Origin: Moniliella sp. 'wahieum'
Taxonomy: Eukaryota
Assembly (NCBI GenBank): GCA_003971905.1
Contig: RSEE01000090.1
Coordinates: forward strand, 186,001 to 250,000
DNA length: 64,000 bases
Direction: 5' to 3'
A program made the position numbers and the translations under genes. Under the pieces are notes generated by a model. It saw nothing but the letters and a program-made list of their open reading frames with translations, ran no database searches and was not told the origin of the DNA. Each line of letters begins with the position of its first letter. The stretch's first letter is position 1. This document shows positions 52,754 to 64,000 of the stretch, piece after piece.

Positions 52754-53196
52754 TGTCACAGTCGGGGCTAAGGCGAGGGAGACCAAAATCGGGACTAGGC
52801 CAAGGGACGTAGCAATCGTCCGTGGGGAAGAAGCAAGAGCAAAGGACATGCTGCGAAGTGGAAGAAGCAGGAAAAGAACGAGATGCTCCTGACGAAGAAA
52901 TTGGAAATGAGAGCGGGAGAGCAGCCAAACTATGGCACGTGGTGTCTTCGTTCTCCTCTTTCACTTCCACTCACACACGCCTATCGTCTTCTGTGTCCGT
53001 TTTACGGTTCTTCGTTTTCGTTAATCACTACCTCTTGAATTCATATCATTGACAGAGCTTAAGGCTGGGACAGGGGGAACGCTACGTCTAAACCGAACCG
53101 TTCATCTTGCGGGGGTTACTTGGAAGCGCCACTAAGGTCAAGGAACCAGGGGGATCGCCAGGATATCAGGACCCTCCGGCTCTCGCCATCCGGTCC
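52754..53196. mobile_element. Candidate LTR (52754-53054, TGTCA...TGACA termini) plus adjacent internal sequence = repeat copy 3, inverted relative to copies 1 and 2
   Basis: 5-bp inverted termini TGTCA/TGACA bound a 301-bp segment of lower GC. 53046-53196 is the reverse complement of the 25.9-26.07 kb repeat with a few substitutions. Confidence 0.6.
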
Positions 53197-53390
53197 TCTA
53201 TATACGCCAGTCTCTTTGCAGCCTACGACTCATACGCCCCTTCCCTAACACTTCCCCCACTCTTTTTTCTGACCATTCAGTAGTATACGGCGGACGAGAC
53301 GTCCATCATGAGCACTAACTGATGCACTATACGGCCTTAAAGGCTGCCACGTGACAGCAAGCCACCACGAACCCGAAGAGATGGAGATGT

Positions 53391-53461
53391 GCGGTCGACT
53401 CTGGAGACGGTGTTGAGCCAGCGGTCGACTCTGGAGACTGTGTTGAGCCAACGGGTGACTC
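53391..53461. repeat. 30-bp tandem repeat, two full units plus a partial
   Basis: gcggtcgactctggagac(g/t)gtgttgagcca x2, then acgggtgactc. Confidence 0.9.
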
Positions 53462-54968
53462 GTGTGTTTGGCCAAAAGGTCCCTTTGTTCGGTCCCTCCA
53501 CAGGCCTACTACTAGGGGAGTAGTTCCATGATTGTTTCCCCGCTTCTGTGTTTTCCTTGCCCCGCAGCCTATATCCGCAGCTATCCCCTGTTGATGACTG
53601 GCTGCTTGACGTGCCGCTGGAGGTGTTACATGTTACTGATGGGGGTTTGCTTGGACCCCACCACCACTGGTGCGATTGCATTATGCATTACCCTGGAAGA
53701 CCATCAGGCCCAGGCCTCAGGACTGCAGGTGCCACATGGCGATGCATGAGACTGTGCGGGATTGTCCGCGTAGCTATGCTGGCAATGGGGTCCCCCCACA
53801 TTCGCACAAAACGCACATCTCGAGGGGCCGGTACGGTGTGGGAACTAAGCAAGTGCTATTGTTGAAGAAGAGCTCCGAAAGCAGCAAGTGGGACTAGCGG
53901 TCGATATTTGATGGAGACCGAGATGAAATTACGCTGGCAGTGGCGAGCCCAAGTGATCTTGATGGAGCGGGAGACCCGTAAAAAAAACATTACGTGCGGA
54001 TGCATCACATGCATCACGTAGATGGAGGTGACTGCGGTGACTGATGGTCTTGGCGCTTCTGGTATGCTACTAGGCGGAGTCGGGTACTGACGATGGGTCG
54101 CTGGTCACAGTCACGTGTCACAGGCCACAGGTCAAGACAACGCCCAACAAGCGGCGCGCTTCTTGTGGATACGGGCCGACAACCGGATAGGTACCGCGCT
54201 GCTGGGACATGGTACAGAGCGGGCACTGGCACGAGCACACCGCGGTGAGAAACACTTTCCCCGTGCGGGGCGGCGCAGCACTGGCGTCGTGCCCGGGCTT
54301 GGCTGTCGGAGGGCCGCGCACGCGGGTCGCCTGGGCGGGGGCGCTGTTATTAATCGCTGGAATCAACCGCTCGAGTGCCGACTATGGATGATTGGGTCGA
54401 TGATTGCGGCAGGCTGCGCTGGTGCGGCCGGGTGAGCGGCGGCGGCTGGGCACTCTGTTGGCAGTGTGCGCTACTGGCGGCGGCCGGCTGCTCCCAGCTC
54501 AATGGGTGATCGGCCTGGTGCGCAGCCCAGGCTCAGTCTCGCTCAGCCTCGCTCGGCAAACACGCTCACCGGTCACCGTGGGTGTGATATATGACGTACG
54601 GCGCGAACGCGTGACGCGGGATCGGGGGGGAGAGGAGCGATCGCGCTGATTGCGTTTTTTGCGTGCTGACGTCGGCACGTTCAGCGCACCCATCGGCATC
54701 CCCGCCGCCACCATCTTCCCGCCGTGCTCTCCCCCCACGCCCTCCTGCTTTGGGTGATCGCATTGGTGGAGATGAACCCACGTCTGTCCGCATTCCCTCT
54801 GTCTTCGCCCCGCCGACGCCTTCGCTTCCTGCCCCCTCGTCTTGTCTCTTGCCCGTCCGCTGCTCCCAACCGCGGTGAATGAGGCTGTCTGCGTTTGCAC
54901 ACCGCCTTGCTGGGCTCCTCGCCTTCCTCGCCTGCGCAGCAGCCATCGCCTCCGCATTTGCCGCCCCG

Positions 54969-57900
54969 ATGGCGTGCCCTCTTCCCTCCTTCCGCCCGCT
55001 CTTTCCTCTCCTCTCTCTTCCTCTTCCTCTTCCTCCGCCCTCCCACTCCTTTCGCCCTCGGCAGTGGTGCTCGCGGCCGAGCCATCCGGCACGCCTGAGA
55101 CGCCGGTGACCGAGCACCACTTCAAACCCTTTGAGGTTTCACCCGCCCACATCATTTACACTGGATTCGGTACCTTTGTTGTGCTGTTTGCCTGCTTTTC
55201 CTTGTTCATCAAGGAGAAACTCTACTTTGGAGAAGCACCTCTCGCCGCATCTTTGGCATCATCGTCGGCCCCTACTGCCTCAACCTATTCGACCCTTCCC
55301 ATTGGGGAAAGCAGAGGCATGAGCGCCCCCCGGGCACTGTCTTGACTAACGAAATTGCAATGGAGGTTCTTCGCGTTACAATTGCCCTCTCTGTCTTTGC
55401 CGCGGGCGTGGAACTGCCCAAAAAGTATCTTTTGCGACACTGGCAATCCATCATGGTTTTGCTAGGTCCTGTCATGTTATGGGGGTGGCTAGTCACCGGC
55501 CTTTTCCTGGGGGGCTGGTTCCAGGCCTGGATTATCTCACTTCCCTCGTTGTTGCCGCCGCTGTGACCCTACCGACCCCATTTGTCTGCCTCGGTTGTGG
55601 AGGCCCTTGGGCCGAAAAGCACGTGCCGGCTCACATTCGTCACTTGCTCACCTGTGAATCTGGCTGCAACGACGGTGCTGCTTTCCCCCTTTCTCTATTT
55701 GGCCTTGTACCTCACCATGAACCGGCACGCCGTCGGGTGGGCGATTGGTCGCTGGGTACGTATCGTGTCTTGTGTCTTGTGCAGCGCACGGACCATAAAC
55801 TGACTTGTGGACGCAGGTGTATCAGATCATTTTGTATGAGATTGCTCTGGGTACCGTGATTGGTGCTCTAATCGGATGGGTGGCACGCAAAGTTATTCGT
55901 TTGTCGGAACATTGGCGTTTGGTGGACCGTGAATCGTTCGTGGTGCACTATGTGGCCTTGGCGCTGATGTCAATGGGGGCCAACGTTCTGTTGGGATCCG
56001 ACGATTTGCTGGCAGCGTTTGCTGCGGGCACAGCGTTTGCCTGGGACGGGTGGTTCTCTGCGCAAACCGAGTCGTCCAATTTCTCGGCCATTGTGGATCT
56101 TCTGTTCAACACGGCGACCTTTATCTTCCTTGGGGCCATGATGCCCTTTGGCTCATGGGTGGCCCCAGAAACGACGCTTAACATTTGGCGCCTGTTTGTA
56201 ATTGCCATCCTCACTCTTCTCCTCAAGCGCATCCCGATCATCGTGGCTCTCTGGAAATACGTTCCCGACATCAAGACCTTCCGTGACGCCCTCTTTGTCG
56301 GTCACTTTGGCCCTATGGGCTGTGGTGCTATATTCATCTCCACCTTTGGCAGGACGCTCCTGCCGGATGACACACCGGATCCACCTACGCATCCCAACCA
56401 CTACCTGGCCAACAGCATGATTCCTATCACCTATTTCTTCGTTTTATGTTCCATTGCCGTGCACGGCCTTACTGTCCCCTTCTTCTCGGCCGCCCGGAAC
56501 TCGACCAAACGACTGCATCGCTCCCTCTCTCACGGTGGATTGAGTGGTGGTGGGCTAGGGCTCCATCAAACGGCCACCTGGGAATCCTGGGCCAATCGCG
56601 CGTTTCAGCGCTTCAAGACAGTGGGGTCAGAGAAACCGGTCAAAGGCCACCTGGCGAGCGAAGACGAAGGGGAAGATGGGGGCATGGCGGAGATCCGTGT
56701 GTGTTGGCATCCCAGCTCCAATCGCAAAAGGCGCAAGAACCTCCGTCGAACCATCCCCCGATGCCAGCCACTCCCTCTCTGGCACTGCGACCGAAGAGGA
56801 TGGGGGTGTGAACTGGGCTCGGGCTCGGCCGAAGCGACAGGAACCAGCCCGAACACCAAGTTTGTCTCCACGCCCACGGGCGAGAACCAGGAGCCCTTAC
56901 CAGAAAACCCGGTTTCTCGCCCTACGGGCCTGCATCCGATGCATCAACGCACCATCTCCTTTGCTCGGAACAATACCTTTGACGATATTGAGGACACGGC
57001 TGCCGATGCCGATATGGATCCGGGCGATGGCGATTGGGATGTGGGGGAGAACGATGCGGAGACGCGGCGGATTCGACAACACGAATACTTGATGAATGGT
57101 GGACATTTCGCTTCGGGCCGATCGGCTCGCGAGCATGTTGGCTCGTCAGCAGGCGCGAGAACAAGACGATCGTACCGCTCTCAGCCGGCGCTCTTCCCGA
57201 GGCTCAGGCCATGCTAGCACACTCAAGACGGTAGGAGGTCGCTTGGCGGACAGTGCAGGGGCGGCAGTACACCGTCTCGGTTCCATCGTACGTCCCGGCC
57301 ATGACCGAGGCTCGTCGGTCTATGCTCCCCGTCTCTCTTCCGCTCCAGGTCCTTCGCCCCTCAGCGGCATCCGGCGCATGGCGAAGCCGAGCAAGAGAGG
57401 CCGCAAGCAGAGGAGAGGGACTACACCCAGCTCGAGTCGGACCGACAGCCCGAATTGGCTGAGGCCGAAGTGGAACGGCCCTCGCAGGAGGCTGAAGAGG
57501 AGAGAGGTGGAAGGGAACCAGATCCAGTACCCCAATGTGCGTGAGTGGGTGGAAGGATCGAGTTTGGTGCTGGAGTACCTCGAGAGCCGGCTGGCCGAGC
57601 CCCAAGTGTCGGTGATCCCAATGACCAAGGAAGACGAGGCGAGTTGGCAGGAGGAGAAGACGGCGCACGATTTGGACCAGCCTGAGCCGAGTCCGGCGTG
57701 GCGGTGGGTATGCGACCACCGATCCGAGTTGGAGACGGTGCTCCGGACCTCGATCCGGACGCCTGGACGCCTCACAATGCTCGGTTTGAATTGGTCAAGC
57801 ATCAGGTTCCGACCAAACTTGCCGAGCGCAAGAAACAACTGGGGCTCCCAACTGATCGCCCTCCTTCCTCTACAGCCGCCTGGCTTTCCCGTCATATTAG

Positions 57901-58222
57901 TTCGCATCATGATGTGGACCACGCTGACAGTGAGGAGGGCGAGGCAAGAAGCAGGGACGAGGAGCAGGGGGAAGACGAAGAAGCGGAAGCGGTGCAACGG
58001 GCCCAGATGTTGCTCGCTGCGCAGCAAGGCGTTGGTGACGATGAAGATGAGGATAACCAAGCCTCCCTCCACCAGGACCGCCCTCGTGTTTCATCGCGCA
58101 CCGGAACCTTGCGATCGTCTTCCTTGCCTGCTCGGAGCTCAAGGGAGCAGGATTCGGTCGAGGGGGATGTAGGGCTTGCCCAGCACACAGCGGCGACGCA
58201 CCCCCCGCCCCACCAAGGCTAA
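54969..58222 (+). CDS. NHA1: Plasma-membrane Na+(K+)/H+ antiporter, CPA1 family, long acidic/disordered C-tail
   Basis: FSLFIKEKLYFGEA, FAAGVELPKKYL, LLGPVMLWGW, CESGCNDG, LVDRESF, LGSDDLLAAFAAGTAFAWDGWF, LFVGHFGPMGCGAIF and SIAVHG. Intron at about 55756-55817. Confidence 0.95.
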
Positions 58223-58581
58223 GTACCACGCTGGTTGCCACATTGGGGAAGATATCGTGGCCTTCGGTCACGCCCAGTAACCTGGTCTGCAGAGGGAAGC
58301 ATGCGATGGGATCTTTCCTTTTCTGGTCTGGCCTCTTGGGCTTTCTTGGCTTCGCCCCATCACCTTGCTCCGCTTGCAACGAGCCAAAACGCCTAGGAAG
58401 ACTTACTGGGTTTTCCTTTCTCGCTCCGACACACGCGGCACCACACCGCTTTTTTTTATTCTGCCTAGGACTCCCCACTATGCCCCCCCCCTCTTCTTTG
58501 CCCCCGGACGCCTCTCAGGCTCTCCGCTTCCCCCCGCTATGCTCGTTCCTTCTCTTCGGGGTCTCGGGCTCGGGCTTGCTC

Positions 58582-58631
58582 CTTGCTTCTGCTTGCTTCT
58601 GCTTGCTTCTGCCTGCTTTTGCTTGCTTCTG
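58582..58631. repeat. (CTTGCTTCTG)n 10-bp minisatellite
   Basis: Five units, one degenerate. Confidence 0.85.
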
Positions 58632-59230
58632 CTCCTGCACTCGGAGTCTTTGTCGCTTCGAAAGCCCCCCCTTTCATCTATGGCCTTCACATTTTCCTTT
58701 CTAGTTGTTTCGCCTTTTTCATCCATCGTCCCCAAGCTCAATTCTATGGTGATCCATGCATGTTGAACTTGCTTCTTGGTGTTTGTATGTTGTGCTGCTT
58801 GCCGGCTTGCTTGCACGCATACCCCCTCACCGTTTCCTTAATCTTACACTCTCATTAGCGCGGCTGGACGCGCCAAGGTGCTCAGCGCTCATTCTATAGG
58901 CGAAAACCAAAGGCCGAAGGGGGCCCAACCCTAGCTGCCACAATGCAGCGTGTACATCTGCGCTAGAAAGGGAATACATGGACTTGTGCCTGCCTCCTTT
59001 TCAATAGTACCCGCCGCGACAGTGGGTTGCCAAGTAAGCCTGATCAAGACCCGTCGGTATTGGTATTGGCATTGTCACTGACAACGGTGGGGAGGCGGGT
59101 ATCTCTCCACCCTGATGAAGGATGGACCTCCACTGCTGACGTTCGCGACAGGGTGGGTCCCTTTGGGCTGGGGTTGCTGGTCTCTACACCCCCAAGAGCT
59201 TATCATTCCCATTTGAACTTTGTGGTATAA

Positions 59231-59336
59231 GACACTTTAGGCAGTGGTTACCCCGTTCGCCTGCTATCTGTAGCACCTTGCTTCAAGGGCCAGCGAATCC
59301 TCTCTGAGGGCGTGAGTTCGAATCTCACAGGTGTCG
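59231..59336 (+). tRNA. tRNA-Ser(GCT) with 25-nt intron (59267-59291)
   Basis: Acceptor GACACTT/AGGTGTC plus discriminator G; anticodon stem TTCGC/GCGAA with loop CT-GCT-A^A; variable arm CCTC-TCT-GAGG; T arm GTGAG-TTCGAAT-CTCAC; T-run terminator from 59342. Confidence 0.92.
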
Positions 59337-59341
59337 GATCG

Positions 59342-59359
59342 TTTTTCTTTTTTCCTTTT
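59342..59359 (+). terminator. RNA polymerase III oligo-T terminator of tRNA-Ser
   Basis: TTTTTCTTTTTTCCTTTT begins 6 nt after the tRNA 3' end. Confidence 0.8.
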
Positions 59360-61801
59360 CTCGTCGAATGGGATCATCGATCATCGATCCCAACAGAAGG
59401 ATTGGTTCCGCTCACTTCCACTTGCGCTTTGTCTATCCACATCCAAGCAGGGAACGGTGCTGGGGGGGGGGGGGGGGGGGCAGCGGTGGGGGGGAGAGGT
59501 AGGACGCACAACCAAAAGCGGTGGGGCTTGGGTCCTCGGTCGCCGGTTACCTCGCCAGTCATATGCTTCCTTCACTCACTAGTACTCTGCTGCGCTGCGA
59601 TTAAAATCGCTGGAGCTATTATATAGTGTTCCGTACTGGCCATCAGACCCTCAGACAGGTCGTCGCCCATACAGCACCAACAATGCGGCAAAAGAATCCA
59701 AGTGCTACAACTGTGATTAGTGATTGAACTAGCCATGGGGCAGTGACGGCAACAAAGTGTTGGTAGTACTACTACCTTCTCCGCTTCGCCGACCCAGAGG
59801 CTTAGGGCGCTCAGGGCGCAAGTCCGGTTTACCCAAATACCTCAGCGCCGTTCAGGCGCTATAATGGAGCGCAAAGAACGTCAGCTATTAGCGCGTAGCA
59901 CAAGTATGCCAACTCCAAGCAGGGGGCAGGAACGACTTTTTCGGAGAGTATCGAACATCCGGGACGCGAGGGGTATCGGCAAGTATCAGAAGAGACACGT
60001 TTCAAAGGCGCATGTGCAAGTATAACCTCCACACGTCAAGTGGTTATCTGCCCATACATGCCAAAGAACCACTGCCCTATAGACTAGTGTGCATGGTGCT
60101 GGTGGATGCTACAACAGCGAGGCAAAAATATGAAGAAGGGCCAAAAGCACAGTCCTTGTTGAGCACTAACGATTGAGGGTATACAAGGTGGCGGTAACAT
60201 CCTCTAGAAATGCAGCCTCGCGCCACCTGGCATGGGTCCTGGGTGGAGCGAACTTGGGCCCGAGCCACAATTAGGGTGCTTTCCTATAGAGGACAAGCTA
60301 CAACGGTTGATCAAGCTTGGACACTAATGGCAGATCGAAACGGAGCTAGAGATCACGAGAGATAAAGAGGCCTCTTAGTCGGGGCGTCGACTAGCACGGC
60401 ACCGTTGCGTATGCGCCGGAACGAGCAAGACCAACATGCCTGTAATCCGTGGTCCTGAAGAAGGGTTGGCCAGAGGGCTGGTGCTGGCAGACAAAGACAA
60501 AGGTAGGACAGGTCCTGTCTGACAGAACAATTCAAGAACTCTTGTTGAATCGCCGCGAGAGCCGCACAGAGCACAGACTGAGTACTGAAAAGATCGACAG
60601 CAACTGTATGCCCGCTCGAAGGGATGTAATACCGGAAGACCAAGAGGTGGTCGCTGGAAGGCAGGTCGGTGGGAATGCTGGTGATTTGTACAGGATAACG
60701 CGGGAGTTGCCTGGCGGTCAAGGATAGATTTCCGAGTCTTCCTGTTACAAAGACAAAAGTCGAAGAAAGGAAGGAAGAAGAAGACCAAGAAGACCAAGAA
60801 GACCAAGAAGACAAGAAGACAAGAAGACGAAATGGCCTGTTCGTGGGAAATTTTAGAACATGGATCAAGTTGAACGTTGAACTCGTTGAGCGTTACGTTG
60901 ATCGGTCATACAGGCAGCACGATCTACAAGAAATAGACAACACAAAACGATGAAGCAAGGGGAAGGGAATCGAGATCACTACTCCGTGGCCCCCACAGAA
61001 AGGACAGACCAAGTAGGGAAACGTCCCCACACTCAGTGTCAGGAGACGGAGATGGGGGAAAGGGTGCAGATGGATTGCATACATCTATGGACGCACAGGA
61101 GGTATATGTACCTCCTCAGGAAGGGGGCACAGTCGAGAGGTGGACACAGGATCTCCCAACTGATAAGAATCACGCCATAGTGCCCATACGGGCCTAGTGG
61201 GCCAAGGGCCCCCTAGCACGGCGTGAGTCTGACACTCAGCCGGGAACGGGAACGCTGGCCACAATGCGAAACGCCCCAAAGCAAGGGCAACAGGCTACCC
61301 ACAGGCAAGGAAGACAAAGGGAGAGGGTGCGCTCGGCCGGGCTCGGCCACCCCCCCCCCCCCGGCCATTGCCCGTCACATGGTCACCTCACCGCTAGATA
61401 TTCTTCAAGCATAAACTGGGAGTTCGCGCTGTGGACCCACTGGGTGCCCTGAGCCTCAGCGCAACACACAGACGTCGCCTATGGGACCACAGGGAACACA
61501 ACTAGCTGCTGGGCACCCCAACTGTTCTACGCACCCCAAACACCCACTATCCAAAACCCACAATCGTAACCGCACAAGGAAGGAAGGCGGTGCTCTCTGG
61601 GCGAACATAGCATTGCAAGTTTCACGTGCACGCTTGCGTGTTGGGGCTGCATGGGGGCAGTGTGGAGTGGGTCTCGTGCCTCTGCCGACGGCCACATCGC
61701 TCAGAAACCCGTTTGGAAACGAGTCTGGCTCAGCAAAGCCGCTTAGCAACCGCGCTGCCTATCTCGCGACCCGTGCTCAGCCCACCGCCATCGCCATCGC
61801 C

Positions 61802-62750
61802 ATGTCTGCAACGTCGCTGCCCGCGTCGCCCTCCAACCGCCCTGCCCACGCCGCTCTTTTGGCTGCCGGCCTGGCTGCCTCTGTCTATGGCATCCTCAAC
61901 CTCGAGCTCACCGACATGCTCGTCCCGCCAGGCGGCACGCCCCGGGCGAGCAGAAGGGAGGCCACGCTCAGTTCTGACGGTTTGCTCCCTCTACGCTACC
62001 ACTGCCACTCAGGCCTTGGGACTCTTGGCGGTCCTCATTGGCTCTTTCCCTGGAGTGTGCTGGAGCGCCTCCACATCACAGGCTTGGCCTTGACCCTTCC
62101 CTGGAAATTGTCGTCTCGGCTCTCTTTTGGCCGCTGTTCCTCTATGACGAGGGCCTGGTACGTCCCTTCCCTCCCTGCAGCCATGTGCTGCTCAGGGTTA
62201 CTTTGAACAGTCACCAACTAACACGTTTTCCTGTCAGCTTACCCCTAGCGCGGATATTCCCGACCCGGCAAACCCATTGAAGACCATCACAGTTACACCT
62301 CATCTGCCTCTGCTGCCCAACTTGTGCTGGCACCTCTTCCCGGCCGTCGCGCTGCTAGCCGACTATCTTCTCTTCTCGCCTCCTTTCCCCAAGCGGATCA
62401 GGGCGCCGTTGGTTGCCGTGCTGGTGTCAGTATCTTATGTGTACGTGTCGTCCCACTCTGAAATCGGGAACCTGGTGCCGCGGCCGCGTCGACTGACACG
62501 CATCTCCCTTCTCTCCCCCTTTCCCTATACTAGGACATGGATTGAACATCTGCACACCTTCAATGGCCACTACCCTTACCCCCTTCTCGACATTTTGAAC
62601 CCTATCCAGCGCCAGACGGTGTACGGTGTGGCCGCGTTCCTGTTCTGCATCGGGCTTGAAGGGTCCAATGCGCTACACCGGTCCTTGAACCCGAGCATGT
62701 GGGCCGTGGCGGCGCAAGACCAGCAGGCCAAACTGGCCAAGAGCGAGTAA
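61802..62750 (+). CDS. FAR-17a/AIG1-like multi-pass membrane protein
   Basis: LEIVVSALFWPLFLYD, NLCWHLFPAVALLADYLLFSPPF and WIEHLHTFNGHYPYPLLDIL. Introns with gtacgt donors near 62158 and 62441. The 5' part is garbled. Confidence 0.75.
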
Positions 62751-62934
62751 GCCTTGATCGTTGTCTTCTCATATGTCCTATGTTTCCTCTCCTTCTTCGC
62801 TGGCCTCTATAGCCAGCCACAGTCCTTGGTTGTGTTTCGCCCGTATGGGTGGGAGAATCAATGAGGCGATATTGTACACGTTGGGTGAGTTTAGGAGGAG
62901 CGGGTGAGTGCAGTACACCAAAGCGCGCAACAAT

Positions 62935-63561
62935 TTAGATGGGCTTGATCTTAAAGTGCAAGCTAATCAAGCTGAAGATCAAGCACTGGCGTAGACATGC
63001 AACGTTAGTCGACAAACAGGGTGTGGGTACGCAAGGTGGAAGGGGCGCGGACGCCAACGTACCTTCAGATCCTGGACCAGGTAGTAAAACACGCGCAACC
63101 CTTCCGGGTCCTCCGAGTCCTGCACATCCACCAACGACCCAATCTTGCACGTTTCAAACGAGATGTGATCGTCGCCCAAGCGCACCTCGAGTTCTTGCCG
63201 TCCAAACGAGTTGCGCGGCGGCCACTTGGTATCGTCTTCCTTGATGATCTCCGAGTCCTCCACGATCCGCTTCAGTTCCTCCACCAACAGAGGACTGACC
63301 CACACTTCCTTCTTGATCAGGTCGTCGTGACGGTAATTGGAGTTGTTGGCGTAGCGGATACGGCCGCGCGAGTACTCAAATTCGAGAAACTCATGACCGT
63401 ACTTGCCAAAGTGGCCCGTGTAGTAGCGCACATAAAAGTCCTTCGCTGGCTCTTGCGCGTGCGCTGGCGCTGGCGCTGGCACTTGCACTTCCTTGCGCTT
63501 GCTTGCTCTGCACCGCCCCATTCCCATCTTCTGGCACCACGGCCATCTGCTCGTCTGCCAT
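62935..63561 (-). CDS. mago: Mago nashi (exon junction complex core)
   Basis: [22 protein letters not shown]...RYANNSNY...[11 protein letters not shown]...GRQELE...[35 protein letters not shown], then an intron, then [16 protein letters not shown]. Confidence 0.97.
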
Positions 63562-64000
63562 GGTCGTAAGAGAGGCACAACAGGTGGTGGTGGAAGAAGG
63601 CCAGCAGCTCAAAGCTTCGGCCGTGCCTGCTCTCCTCGACGGCCAGGCGGGGCGGGAGGGTGAGTTTTTATTTCTTTTTTTTTTTATTTAAGTTTTTCTG
63701 GCTCCGGCCCAGCCCAGCAACGCACACGAAACGCATTGGACTTGCCCTTTTCCACTTCACTATCTTGGCGGGAAGGCAACGCGGGCCAAGTGTGTACATC
63801 GCTGGAATGCCTAACACACATATAGGGTCGGAAGAGGGTGGGGGAGGGGGAGGGGGGGGTCGAATAAATGGAGAACCAGAAGGTGAAGGGGAAGAAGTGA
63901 ACTTTTAGATGAAGCACAGCCTAGTATAGATCAATGGAAACTACAGGTCCTGAAACGAATGTTGGCGGGTTGGGCGACGGAAGCACAAGGGGGAGGCGGG

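Noticed and set aside
53391..53461. 30-bp repeat as a CRISPR array
   Set aside because: The units are head-to-tail with no spacers, there are no cas genes, and the context is eukaryotic.
10967..58222. Programmed frameshifting or true pseudogenes
   Set aside because: Indels are numerous, scattered, often in homopolymers and hit conserved housekeeping genes; sequencing error is the simpler explanation.
59640..61200. Possible LTR or transposon remnant (TGTAAC on minus strand near 60748, GAAGACCAA repeats at 60780-60830)
   Set aside because: No second terminus, target-site duplication, second copy or transposon protein motif found.
1..64000. Secondary-metabolite or amino-acid-oxidation cluster (IDO, Egt1, DUF3445, SDR, glutaminyl cyclase)
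   Set aside because: There is no NRPS, PKS, terpene synthase or repetitive precursor peptide. The genes are spread over 45 kb among housekeeping genes.

Overview
This is eukaryotic, GC-rich fungal DNA, most consistent with a basidiomycete and probably Ustilaginomycotina (inferred from the sparse short GT-AG introns with gtacgt/gtgcgt/gtgagt donors and GCTGAC/CTAAC branch points, plus the gene content). About 16 protein genes are recognisable. In order they are: OPT transporter, DUF3445 protein, DIC1 carrier, glutaminyl cyclase, START-domain protein, GH5 EGCrP-type glycolipid glucosidase, NAD(P)-binding SDR, indoleamine 2,3-dioxygenase, NIPSNAP, Erv2, Vnx1, Pgc1-like GDPD, Egt1, Nha1, FAR-17a/AIG1 and Mago nashi. 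There is also one intron-containing tRNA-Ser(GCT) and three fragments of one probable LTR-retroelement family; two of these flank the SDR gene as direct repeats. Almost every gene carries several 1-nt frameshifts, which I read as uncorrected long-read assembly errors, so gene ends are approximate. The most unusual signal is non-coding. Throughout the intergenic DNA, TCA (or TGA) recurs at an exact 7-bp period with a variable 4-nt spacer that is very often a palindrome; I found 13 of the 16 possible palindromic tetramers. I saw no CRISPR array, rRNA or NRPS/PKS cluster.
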